From Roseateles sp. (GTDB taxonomy: Bacteria; Pseudomonadota; Gammaproteobacteria; Burkholderiales; Burkholderiaceae_C): a stretch of 64,000 bases of DNA. The notes under the pieces are model-generated. The model searched no databases, was not told the origin of the DNA, and saw nothing but the letters and a program-made list of their open reading frames with translations. This document shows positions 9,523 through 21,157 of this stretch, in pieces. The position numbers and the translations under genes were made by a program. Positions within the stretch are counted from its first letter, which is position 1; each line of letters opens with the position of its first letter. The stretch lies in assembly GCF_036404855.1 (NCBI RefSeq), contig NZ_DASWYS010000050.1:9308-73307 (forward strand), read 5' to 3'.

Positions 9523-10902
9523 TCACATCCCCGGCAGGCCCTTCATGCCGCCCATGCGCTTCATCATCTTCATCAGGCCGCCACCCTTCATCTTCTTCAT
9601 CATCCCCTGCATCTGGTCGAACTGATTCAGCAGGCGGTTAACGTCCTGGATCTGCACGCCGGCACCGGCAGCGATGCGACGCTTGCGGCTGGCCTTGCTC
9701 TTGCCGTCCATCAGCAGTGCCGGATGGGCACGCTCCTTGGCGGTCATCGCGCGCAGGATGCCTTCCATGCGCTTCATGTCGCGCTCGGCGCGATCCATAT
9801 CGGCCTGGCCGGGCTGCTTGTTGCCCATCATGTTTTGCGGCAGCTTGTCCATCAGGCCACCGAGGCCGCCCATCTTCTTCATCTGAGCGATCTGCTGCAG
9901 GAAGTCGTTCAGGTCGAAGCCGCTGCCGCTCTTGAGTTTCTCGGCCATGGCCTGGGCCGAGGCCATGTCCACGCTCTGCGTGACCTGCTCGACCAGGGCC
10001 ACGATGTCGCCCATGCCCAGTACGCGGCCGGCGTGGCGCTCGGCGTCGAACACCTCTAGGCCGTCGATCTTCTCGGACACGCCGGCAAACTTGATGGGCG
10101 CGCCGGTGACCTGGCGCACTGAAAGCGCCGCGCCGCCGCGCGAGTCGCCGTCCAGCTTGGTAAGGACCACGCCCGTCAGCGGCAGCGCTTCCTTGAAAGC
10201 CTTGGCGGTGTTGACCGCATCCTGGCCCTGCATGGCGTCGACGACGAACAGCGTCTCGACCGGATTCAGCGTCGCGTGCAGCTCCTTGATCTCGGCCATC
10301 AGCGCTTCGTCGATGGCCAGTCGGCCAGCCGTGTCGACCAGCAGTACGTCGACGTAGTGGCGCTTGGCGTAGTCGAGAGCTGCCAGCGCGATGTCACGCG
10401 GCTTCTGGTCGGGTGTGGACTCGAACCACTCGGCACCGGCCTGGCGCGTGACCGTCTTCAACTGCTCGATGGCCGCCGGTCGGTAGACGTCGGCGGAGAC
10501 CGTCAGCACCTTCTTCTTGCGCTTCTCGATCAAGTGCTTGGCGAGCTTGGCCGTCGTGGTCGTCTTGCCGGCGCCCTGCAGGCCGGCCATCAGGATGACG
10601 GCGGGCGGCTGCGCAGCGAGGTTGATATCGGCCACACCCTCACCCATGGTCGCGGCGAGTTCCTTGTGCACGACCGAGACCAGCACCTGGCCCGGGTTCA
10701 GTGAGCCCACCACCTCCTGCCCCAGCGCCTTTTCCTTGACTCGCGCGATGAAGTCGCGAACGACGGGCAGGGCCACGTCGGCCTCTAGCAGGGCCATGCG
10801 CACTTCGCGCAACATGTCCTGCACGTTGCTCTCGGTGATGCGGGCCTGGCCGCGCATCGTCTTCACGAGGCGACTCAGGCGGTCGGTGAGGTTGGAAGCC
10901 AT
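9523..10902 (-). CDS. ffh: Signal recognition particle protein Ffh
   Basis: MASNLTDRLS start, 'GLQGAGKTTT', 'DTAGRL', 'TKLDGDSRGG', Met-rich M domain. Confidence 0.98.
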   Translation of the reverse strand: MASNLTDRLSRLVKTMRGQARITESNVQDMLREVRMALLEADVALPVVRDFIARVKEKALGQEVVGSLNPGQVLVSVVHKELAATMGEGVADINLAAQPPAVILMAGLQGAGKTTTTAKLAKHLIEKRKKKVLTVSADVYRPAAIEQLKTVTRQAGAEWFESTPDQKPRDIALAALDYAKRHYVDVLLVDTAGRLAIDEALMAEIKELHATLNPVETLFVVDAMQGQDAVNTAKAFKEALPLTGVVLTKLDGDSRGGAALSVRQVTGAPIKFAGVSEKIDGLEVFDAERHAGRVLGMGDIVALVEQVTQSVDMASAQAMAEKLKSGSGFDLNDFLQQIAQMKKMGGLGGLMDKLPQNMMGNKQPGQADMDRAERDMKRMEGILRAMTAKERAHPALLMDGKSKASRKRRIAAGAGVQIQDVNRLLNQFDQMQGMMKKMKGGGLMKMMKRMGGMKGLPGM

Positions 10903-10946
10903 GGGATGGAGAAGGGCCGGTCCCGCAGAATGGCGGAGGCCAAAAG

Positions 10947-10952
10947 TACACT
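10947..10952 (+). promoter_or_regulatory. Putative sigma70 -10 element (TACACT), 6 nt before the ATG; probable leaderless start
   Basis: TACACT-gcagcc-ATG with no Shine-Dalgarno between them. Confidence 0.45.
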
Positions 10953-10958
10953 GCAGCC

Positions 10959-11846
10959 ATGAGTTTATCGCCCGCCCTTCTCGCTGATGCTGGAGGCGCC
11001 GCCTCCGGTGCCCATGCCGTCGGACCGGGTGTGGCGCTTGCGGTGGCCAGCGCACTGGCATTGCTGGGCTACGTCTGGGTGGGGTTGCTGCGTGCCCGCG
11101 CCTCCGAGGGCGAGGCCGTCGTGCGGCGCCCGCTGCGCTCGGTGCCGCCCATGGCCCTGGCCTGGACGGCGCAGTTCGTCGCCCTTTTCATCGACATCAG
11201 CGGCTACGGCTTGGAGACGCGCGGCGCGCGCTTCGGCTTCGCGCCGGCGCTGTCGATGACGATCTGGCTGGTGCTGACGGTCTACCTGATCGAGAGCCGC
11301 TTCCTGCCCCTACACAGCGTGCGCCGCGTGCTCGCCTGGATTGCCGCGGCTGCAGTGCTGCTGGCCTGGAGTTTCCCCGGTGAGAGTCGGCCGCTGGCGG
11401 CGTCGCCCTGGGCTCCGCTGCACTGGGTTCTGGGCTTGGCGTCCTACGGGCTCTTCGGCGTGGCCGTGCTGCATGCGGCGCTGATGAACCGGGCCGAGGC
11501 GCAGTTACGCCAGAAGCATGCTTCGTCCGGCGGTCTGCCGTTACTGCAGTTGGAGCGGCTGACCTTCCAGTTCGTGGCCGCTGGAGTCGGCGTGCTGTCG
11601 CTGGCCATCTTTCTGGGCTGGTGGTTCACACCGGCCTGGCATTGGGACCACAAGAACCTGCTCGCGGTGTTGGGCTGGTCGGTGCTGACCGGTCTGCTCG
11701 CCGGGCGGCGAATCTACGGGTGGCGTGGCCGGCGCGCCACGCGCTGGCTCTACGCCGGCGCGGCGTTGCTGTTGCTGTCCTATGCCGGCTCGCGATTCGT
11801 GCTGGAGGTCATCCTGCAGCGCGGCATCAACGGGGGGGGCGCATGA
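10959..11846 (+). CDS. Cytochrome c assembly family inner-membrane protein (CcsA/YpjD-like)
   Basis: Multi-TM; 'WAPLHWVLGLASY', 'LPLLQLERLTF', 'WDHKNLLAVLGW', 'GWRGRRA'; divergent from ffh as ypjD usually is. Confidence 0.85.
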   Translation: MSLSPALLADAGGAASGAHAVGPGVALAVASALALLGYVWVGLLRARASEGEAVVRRPLRSVPPMALAWTAQFVALFIDISGYGLETRGARFGFAPALSMTIWLVLTVYLIESRFLPLHSVRRVLAWIAAAAVLLAWSFPGESRPLAASPWAPLHWVLGLASYGLFGVAVLHAALMNRAEAQLRQKHASSGGLPLLQLERLTFQFVAAGVGVLSLAIFLGWWFTPAWHWDHKNLLAVLGWSVLTGLLAGRRIYGWRGRRATRWLYAGAALLLLSYAGSRFVLEVILQRGINGGGA

Positions 11847-12088
11847 AGTACCTGCTGCTACTTCTGCTGCTGGGTGTCCTGTTCTTCGTGCTGGGAGCCC
11901 GGCGTCCTCGTCCGCGCGAGCCCGAATCGCGCACGCCATCATCGCCGCCGCCCGCCACGCCGAAGGCCATGCTGCGTTGCGCCGAATGCGGCATGCATCT
12001 GCCCGCCGACGAAGCGCTGCCGGGCAAGGGCGGCGTGTTTTGCAGTGCCGCGCACCGGGCCAGTTTCGAAGCCCGGGACCAGGCTTGA
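11843..12088 (+). CDS. PP0621-family small membrane-anchored zinc-finger protein
   Basis: ATGA overlap with the upstream stop; N-terminal TM MKYLLLLLLLGVLFFVL; 'MLRCAECGMHLP...FCSAAH'; lies directly before pilS. Confidence 0.85.
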   Translation: MKYLLLLLLLGVLFFVLGARRPRPREPESRTPSSPPPATPKAMLRCAECGMHLPADEALPGKGGVFCSAAHRASFEARDQA

Positions 12089-12090
12089 GC

Positions 12091-13758
12091 GTGGGCGCCC
12101 TGGACGGCGAGGGCGGCTGGTTCGTCGAGTCCGCGCCGGCCGAGCCTGCCGAGAGCAGCGCCAGTTTCAGGCGCCTGTACCGCGCCTTCGTCGCCGCGCG
12201 CGCCGCGCTGGGCCTGGCACTGATCGCGGCCCAGCTGATTGCAGCGGCCCTGGGCACGTCGCCGGCCGCCTCGACGCTGGCGCTCAGCGCTTCCTACGCC
12301 GCGGCTGCGGTCGCGCTGTGGCTGCTGCCGCAATTGCGTCGCGGCGCGACGGCGCGCAGCCTATCCCGGATCAGCAGCCCGCACTGGTGGAGCGCCATCG
12401 GCATCGATCTGATCCTGTTCGGCGCGTTGCATGCGCTGGACTCCAGCGGCGTGAACTACGGTGTCCTCTTTGTCATGCCGGTGCTGATGGCGGCCGTGCT
12501 GAGCCCGCGTCTGCTGGCTCTAGCGACAGCCGCGATGGCGACGCTGGGGCTGCTGGGGGCGGCGGCATGGTCGGTGCTGTCGGGCGTTGACGTTGGCCTG
12601 AAGACGACGCAGGCGGGGCTGGTGGGTAGTGGCCTGTTCGCCGTCAGTCTGTTGGCCGGCGAGCTCAGTGCGCGCCTGGCTCGTGAGGAGAAGGCGGCGC
12701 GCGGTAGCCTGGCTCTGGCGCGTCAGCAGGAGTTGCTGAACCGCTTGGTCATCGACGAGATGCAGGAGGGTGTGCTGGTTGTCGACCGTCGCGGCCGCGT
12801 GCGGGCGATGAACCCGGCTTCGCGTGCGCTCCTGGGTGCGGCCAGCGGCGAGCTGAGCTGGCAATTGCGCGGTCGTGCCGACTGGCAGCCGCTGGTGCAG
12901 GCACTGGAGCACGCCTACGCAGGCGGCACGGGCGGAGCAGGGACGGAGCTCGACGTGGCACTGCCGCTGGATGGCGGCGCCAGCCGCAGCTTGCGCCTGC
13001 GCCTGCGCTTCACGCGCCAGCGCGAGGGCAGCGAGGAACTGTGCGTGCTGTTCGTGGAGGACAACCGCGAGCTGCTGGCTCGCACCCGTCAGGAGAAGCT
13101 GGCCGCCATGGGCCGCGTGTCGGCCGGCATCGCGCACGAGATCCGCAACCCGCTGGCGGCCATCGCGCAGGCCAATGCGCTGCTGGCCGAGGATGCGAGT
13201 GGCGCGCGTGCCGAGCAGCTGACGCGTATGGTGGCCTCCAACGTGCAGCGTCTCAAGCGTCTCGTCGACGACGTTGGCGAGCTCGCACCCAGTATGCAAC
13301 CGGCCACGACGAGCCTGGACGTCAGTGCGCTGGTGCAGGAAACCTGCGAGGACTGGGCCCAGGTCAACGGCGTGGCGTCTGGCGGGCAGGCCCGCTTCGT
13401 GTTGCAGATCGGGGCGCCTGGGTTGAAGGGATTGTTCGACGCTGAACACCTGCGCCGCGTCCTCGTGAACTTGCTGGACAACGCGCACCGCCATGCCGAC
13501 TCGGTCCCGAGGGCGATCGGCGTCACACTGGCGCGTCGGGGCGAAGGGCTGGAGCTCGTGGTGCGCAGCGCTGGCGCGCCGGTGCCGATGGAAATTGAGC
13601 GCCACCTCTTCGAGCCCTTCTTCTCGACGCGCAGCCGCGGTTCGGGTCTGGGCCTCTATATTTGCCGTGAGCTTTGCGAGCGCCACGGTGCCCGCATCGA
13701 GTACCGCCGAGCTGTTGAGGCGGCCGCCAACGAGTTCAGCGTCCTAATGCGCACATGA
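12091..13758 (+). CDS. pilS: PilS-like sensor histidine kinase
   Basis: About 6 TM helices, PAS-like segment 'EGVLVVDRRGRV', H-box 'IAHEIRNPL', N-box 'NLLDNAHRH', 'FEPFFSTRSRGSGLGL'; start uncertain (12085 or 12091). Confidence 0.85.
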   Translation: MGALDGEGGWFVESAPAEPAESSASFRRLYRAFVAARAALGLALIAAQLIAAALGTSPAASTLALSASYAAAAVALWLLPQLRRGATARSLSRISSPHWWSAIGIDLILFGALHALDSSGVNYGVLFVMPVLMAAVLSPRLLALATAAMATLGLLGAAAWSVLSGVDVGLKTTQAGLVGSGLFAVSLLAGELSARLAREEKAARGSLALARQQELLNRLVIDEMQEGVLVVDRRGRVRAMNPASRALLGAASGELSWQLRGRADWQPLVQALEHAYAGGTGGAGTELDVALPLDGGASRSLRLRLRFTRQREGSEELCVLFVEDNRELLARTRQEKLAAMGRVSAGIAHEIRNPLAAIAQANALLAEDASGARAEQLTRMVASNVQRLKRLVDDVGELAPSMQPATTSLDVSALVQETCEDWAQVNGVASGGQARFVLQIGAPGLKGLFDAEHLRRVLVNLLDNAHRHADSVPRAIGVTLARRGEGLELVVRSAGAPVPMEIERHLFEPFFSTRSRGSGLGLYICRELCERHGARIEYRRAVEAAANEFSVLMRT

Positions 13759-15203
13759 CTACTGCCACGCTCCCGCGCCTGCTGGTCGTCGACGACGAGC
13801 CCGACTTGCGCACGCTCTACGAGCTGACGCTGCTGCGCGAAGGCTATGAGATCGATAGCGCCGGCACGGTCGCCGAGGCGCTGGCGCACTTGCAGGGCGC
13901 CACCTACAGCGCCGTGATCACCGACATGAAGCTGCCCGACGGGTCGGGCCTGGAGCTGCTGCGTTGGCTGGACCAAGCGGGCCGGCCTGAGAAGGCCATC
14001 GTCATCACCGCCTTCGGTTCGGCTGAGAACGCGGTGGAGGCACTCAAGGCTGGCGCCTATGACTACCTGACCAAACCCGTCGATCTGCGTCAGTTCCGCC
14101 TGGTCGTCGGCTCGGCACTGGGACGGGTGGCGCCCGCCCCGGCACCGGCGGCGGAGGAAAAGCCGGCATTGGCGACGGCCTCGGCGCAGCGCTTGGTGGG
14201 CGAGTCGCCGGCCATGCGTGCGGTGCGGTCGCTGATAGACAAGGTCGGGCGCAGCATGGCGCCGGTACTGGTGCAGGGCGAATCGGGCACGGGCAAGGAG
14301 CTGGTTGCGCGCGCCATCCACGACCACGGTGCGCGCGCCGGCCAGCGCTTCGTCGCGGTCAACTGCGGTGCCATCCCCGAGAACCTGCTCGAGGCTGAGT
14401 TCTTTGGCTACCGTAAGGGCGCCTTCACCGGCGCCAACGAGGACCGAGAGGGGTTCTTCCAGGCCGCCGACGGCGGCACGCTGTTCCTGGATGAGATCGG
14501 CGACCTGCCGCTGGCCATGCAAAGCAAGCTGCTGCGCGTTATCCAGGAGCGCTCCGTGCGGCCTGTGGGTGCGACAGCGGAGAGTCCGGTGAACGTGCGC
14601 ATTCTGAGCGCGACGCACAAGGATCTGGCGGCCGAGGTGGCGGCCGGCCGCTTCCGTCAGGACTTGTTCTACCGCCTCAACGTCATCCAGATTCGCGTGC
14701 CACCGCTGCGCGAGCGGCTGGAGGATCTTGGCCTGATCGGGGCGCGTGTGCTCGCGCGCATCGCGCAGGATGCAGGCGTGTCGCCCACGCCGCGCCTGAC
14801 GGTCGCAGCGCTGCAGACGCTCTCACGCTACGCATTCCCAGGCAACGTCCGCGAGCTGGAGAACTTGCTGCATCGCGCGCTGGCTCTGGCTGGCGGCGAG
14901 TGGATCGACACCGACGACCTCGGCCTGCCCGAGACGTTGCTGGACGAGGACCGCAGTGAGTCGCAGTTCGCCGCGCTGGAGGTTCCGCTTGCCGTCGAGC
15001 CGGGGAGCGAAGGGCTGGCATTGCAGGAAGAGCTGCCGAGTGATCTGGCGCGTTATCTCGACGAGGTCGAACGCAGCATCCTGCTGCGCGCGCTGGAGCT
15101 GCACCGCTTCAACCGGACCGCGGCGGCGGCCAGCCTCGGACTGTCGTTGCGCCAGATCCGCTATCGCATGGCGCGGCTGGCGATTTCGGCGGGCGACAGC
15201 TGA
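13755..15203 (+). CDS. pilR: PilR-like sigma54-dependent response regulator
   Basis: REC domain ('VVDDE', 'TDMKLPDGSG'), AAA+ 'GESGTGKE', 'GAFTGA', 'FLDEIG', Fis-type HTH. Confidence 0.9.
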   Translation: MTTATLPRLLVVDDEPDLRTLYELTLLREGYEIDSAGTVAEALAHLQGATYSAVITDMKLPDGSGLELLRWLDQAGRPEKAIVITAFGSAENAVEALKAGAYDYLTKPVDLRQFRLVVGSALGRVAPAPAPAAEEKPALATASAQRLVGESPAMRAVRSLIDKVGRSMAPVLVQGESGTGKELVARAIHDHGARAGQRFVAVNCGAIPENLLEAEFFGYRKGAFTGANEDREGFFQAADGGTLFLDEIGDLPLAMQSKLLRVIQERSVRPVGATAESPVNVRILSATHKDLAAEVAAGRFRQDLFYRLNVIQIRVPPLRERLEDLGLIGARVLARIAQDAGVSPTPRLTVAALQTLSRYAFPGNVRELENLLHRALALAGGEWIDTDDLGLPETLLDEDRSESQFAALEVPLAVEPGSEGLALQEELPSDLARYLDEVERSILLRALELHRFNRTAAAASLGLSLRQIRYRMARLAISAGDS

Positions 15204-15496
15204 GACGCTTCGCCAAAGCGGTTTGTTGGCCGCCGTTGCCCATCAAGGCCTGAAAGACCGAAGGGGCGCTCACGATTCGACACACAACAAGCCTCGGGAT
15301 TTGCCCTGCTTGATTCCATCGCATGCGGCGTCGCGATGGCTGGCGACATCTCGCAAACCCAGCACTGGCGCGGGCTCGCGACCCGCGGCGGCCCGCCAGC
15401 CCAGCGCTGATGCGGGTTGCGCACTTTGACCCCCGATCTCATCGGGCCAAGGCGGGCGCCTTGCGATTTTTCCCGACGGATTGTGGCCAGGGTTTG

Positions 15497-15543
15497 ACAC
15501 TAGGGGTAGTGCTTGAGAGGGGTGGAAGCCATAGATATAGTGT
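15497..15543. promoter_or_regulatory. Tandem NrdR boxes upstream of nrdA
   Basis: ACACTAGGGGTAGTGC (15497-15512) and GCCATAGATATAGTGT (15528-15543) resemble acaCwAtATaTwGtgt; starts are 31 bp apart. Confidence 0.7.
15513..15541 (+). promoter_or_regulatory. sigma70 promoter for nrdAB
   Basis: TTGAGA (15513-18), 17-bp spacer, TATAGT (15536-41); the -10 lies inside NrdR box 2. Confidence 0.65.
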
Positions 15544-15773
15544 CCCCTCGTGATATCCTGCTGACCCAGTCGATCCCATGACCATCCCCTTGGATTCGCT
15601 GTCCGCCGTGGCCTGGCCGCGGCGGCATTGCGCCCAAGGCACCAGCCGGAATGCCGGCCTGGCAATGGAGCGGCAGGGACGAAACACCCCACTGAAGCAA
15701 CGCACGATGCGCCGGCCCACCCCCGGGTTGTTGCCGCGCATTTGCCCGTCATTTCTCGATAAAGGATCTCCTT

Positions 15774-18692
<2,919 letters not shown>

Positions 18693-18703
18693 TCGAAGCA
18701 GCG

Positions 18704-18731
18704 GCACGAACTTGTATAGACAAGTTCGTGC
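18704..18731. repeat. Perfect 12-bp inverted repeat in the nrdA-nrdB spacer
   Basis: GCACGAACTTGT-atag-ACAAGTTCGTGC. Confidence 0.8.
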
Positions 18732-18849
18732 TGCATGTTTTCGATGTCCTCGCGCAACAAAGATTGCGCGAATGATGCAAATAGCAGTTGCTGGTTCTTG
18801 TTGATTTGCTCCAGCACTGCCGATAATTCGAAGCGATAGGAAGCACACC

Positions 18850-20022
18850 ATGCTGGATTGGGACGAAGACCTGAAGTCCACCGACACCTCTACCGCGAAG
18901 CCTCTCGCGGCCATGCCTTCGGCGACGCACGCATCGGCGTCTCCGCGCGAAGCTGCCAGCGTCTCGATCCCTGCTCCCCAACTGTCTGGCGAAGCCACCA
19001 CCGCGCGTCGCGTGAAGGCCGCCGACAAGCGCATCATCAACGGCCAGACCGACGTCAACCAGTTGGTGCCGTTCAAGTACAAGTGGGCCTGGGAGAAGTA
19101 CCTCGCCACCTGCGCCAATCACTGGATGCCGCAGGAAGTGAACATGAGCCGCGACATCGCGCTCTGGAAGGACCCCAACGGCTTGACCGAAGACGAGCGC
19201 CGCATCATCAAGCGCAACCTCGGCTTCTTCGTCACGGCCGACTCGCTGGCTGCCAACAACATCGTGCTGGGCACCTATCGCCACATCACGGCGCCCGAGT
19301 GCCGCCAGTTCCTGTTGCGTCAGGCATTTGAAGAAGCCATTCACACGCACGCGTACCAGTACATCGTGGAGTCGCTGGGTCTCGATGAGAGCGAGATCTT
19401 CAATGCGTACAACGAAGTCCAATCCATCCGCGACAAGGACGAGTTCCTGATCCCGTTCATCGACGCGATCATGAATCCGACCTTCAATACCGGCACGCCT
19501 GAGAACGACCAGACGCTGCTGAAGTCGCTGATCGTGTTCGCCTGCCTGATGGAAGGCCTGTTCTTCTACGTCGGCTTCACGCAGATCCTCGCGATGGGTC
19601 GCCAGAACAAGATGACCGGCGCCGCCGAGCAGTATCAGTACATCCTTCGCGACGAGTCGATGCACTGCAACTTCGGTATCGACCTCATCAACCAGATCAA
19701 GCTTGAGAACCCGCACCTGTGGACGGCTGAGTTCAAGGCCGAGATCAAGGCGTTGTTCCTGAAGGCCGTCGAGCTGGAGTACCGCTACGCCGAGGACACC
19801 ATGCCGCGTGGCGTGCTGGGTCTCAACGCCTCGATGTTCAAGGGCTACCTGCGCTTCATTGCGAATCGTCGCGCGGTGCAGATCGGCCTCGAAGCGCTGT
19901 TCCCCAACGAAGAAAACCCCTTCCCGTGGATGAGCGAGATGATCGACTTGAAGAAGGAACGCAACTTCTTCGAGACCCGCGTCATCGAGTATCAATCGGG
20001 CGGGGCCCTGAGCTGGGATTGA
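18850..20022 (+). CDS. nrdB: Ribonucleotide reductase beta subunit
   Basis: 'NHWMPQEV', 'ADSL', 'EEAIHTHAY' (radical Tyr present), 'EGLFFY', 'RDESMH', 'NFFETRV'. Confidence 0.97.
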   Translation: MLDWDEDLKSTDTSTAKPLAAMPSATHASASPREAASVSIPAPQLSGEATTARRVKAADKRIINGQTDVNQLVPFKYKWAWEKYLATCANHWMPQEVNMSRDIALWKDPNGLTEDERRIIKRNLGFFVTADSLAANNIVLGTYRHITAPECRQFLLRQAFEEAIHTHAYQYIVESLGLDESEIFNAYNEVQSIRDKDEFLIPFIDAIMNPTFNTGTPENDQTLLKSLIVFACLMEGLFFYVGFTQILAMGRQNKMTGAAEQYQYILRDESMHCNFGIDLINQIKLENPHLWTAEFKAEIKALFLKAVELEYRYAEDTMPRGVLGLNASMFKGYLRFIANRRAVQIGLEALFPNEENPFPWMSEMIDLKKERNFFETRVIEYQSGGALSWD

Positions 20023-20231
20023 TCTCCCAGCCTTAACAAGATCAAGACCTGGCCAATGCAGTCACCGAGCGAAACCCGCATCAACACGCAAGACGTGGCG
20101 GGGCTGCATGGCGATCCCATTCACCGTACCGAGGCGTTCCTCCTGAGCGACTCTCGGACGGTGAATAGCCGTATCCACGCGGACCGGTCCGTGTGGGACG
20201 GTGACTTTTCCACTTGATCAAGGAGAAAACC

Positions 20232-20756
20232 ATGGCAACTGCAAAGACCCCGGCTAAGGCCGCACCGAAGAAGGCCGCCGCCAAGAAGGCCACGCCGGCC
20301 AAGAAGGCTGCACCCGCGAAGAAGGCCGCTCCGGCCAAGAAGGCGGCTCCGGCAAAGAAGGCCACTCCGGCGAAGAAGGCCGCTCCGGCGAAGAAGGCTG
20401 CGCCCGCCAAGAAGGCCACTCCGGCCAAGAAGGCTGCGCCCGCCAAGAAGGCCACCCCGGCCAAGAAGGCTGCACCCGCCAAGAAGGCCGCTCCGGCCAA
20501 GAAGGCTGCTGCGCCCAAGAAGGCTGCTGCCAAGCCTGCCGCTAAGAAGGCCGCTGCACCCAAGAAGGCCGCTGCCAAGCCTGCTGCGAAAAAGCCTGCT
20601 GCCAAGAAGGCTGCTGCGCCCAAGAAGGCTGCTGCTAAGCCCGCCGCTGCCGCCAAGCCTGCCGCTGCTGCCAAGCCCGCTGCTGCTGCTCCGGCTGCCA
20701 AGACGGCGCTGAGCCCGCAAGCTGCTTGGCCCTTCCCGACCGGCAACAAGCCCTAA
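20232..20756 (+). CDS. Histone H1-like Lys/Ala/Pro-rich nucleoid protein (BpH1-like)
   Basis: AGGAG RBS at 20221; 12 PAKKA(A/T) repeats; C-terminal tail LSPQAAWPFPTGNKP. Confidence 0.9.
   Translation: MATAKTPAKAAPKKAAAKKATPAKKAAPAKKAAPAKKAAPAKKATPAKKAAPAKKAAPAKKATPAKKAAPAKKATPAKKAAPAKKAAPAKKAAAPKKAAAKPAAKKAAAPKKAAAKPAAKKPAAKKAAAPKKAAAKPAAAAKPAAAAKPAAAAPAAKTALSPQAAWPFPTGNKP
20295..20510 (+). repeat. 12 x 18-bp coding tandem repeat (PAKKAA/PAKKAT)
   Basis: Counted directly from the translation and the DNA (CCGGCCAAGAAGGCYGCN-like units). Confidence 0.9.
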
Positions 20757-20815
20757 TCAGGCGATCAGCTGACACACTGACCGGGCGGTTGACCGCCCGG
20801 CCCGTCAAATCAGCC

Positions 20816-20850
20816 AACCCGGCCCGAGTCTCTCGGTGCCGGGTTTTTTT
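20816..20850 (+). terminator. Rho-independent terminator after the H1-like gene
   Basis: AACCCGGC...GCCGGGTT stem with inner CCGAG/CTCGG, followed by T7; a second hairpin (CCGGGCGGT/ACCGCCCGG) lies at 20781-20800. Confidence 0.85.
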
Positions 20851-21157
20851 CGTGGCGCGTCCGACATCTGCCTACTCTGGTAGGTGCAAGTCCTCCTCAG
20901 CGCGTCACGACGAACGAAGCGCAGCGCCATCGCATGCGCGTATGACCGGGCACGCAGAGCGAGCGTGAAAGAGGCAACGAGGCGATGAGCAAGCACCGGA
21001 TGGAAGCGATGCCGACCAGGGCGGTCATGAACCGCGAAGCTCTCGTGATCCAAGCGCTCAGGGCAACGAGCCACGCACACGTCGCAGCTCGGGTCGGCTC
21101 TGGGCAGCGTTCGCCAAGCCTGGAAGACGTGAGCCGACCGCGCGAGCTCGCGGCGCC

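Noticed and set aside
18850-20022. Possible radical-Tyr-less (class Ic) NrdB
   Set aside because: Tyr is present in EAIHTHAY and the first metal ligand is Asp (ADSL), consistent with class Ia
20295-20510. Regular direct repeats as a possible CRISPR array
   Set aside because: Contiguous in-frame 18-bp coding repeats with no spacers and no cas genes
20081-20749. Antisense ORFs with AAFLAG/GRSGLL repeats
   Set aside because: Mirror images of the PAKKAA array
20880-20907. T-loop-like hairpin AGG-TGCAAGT-CCT followed by TCAGCGC-GTCA, resembling a tRNA 3' end or a cobalamin/FMN riboswitch element
   Set aside because: No matching acceptor 5' strand, D arm or anticodon arm; no GGGAA/CCCGCAACTGT or FMN core; no integrase nearby
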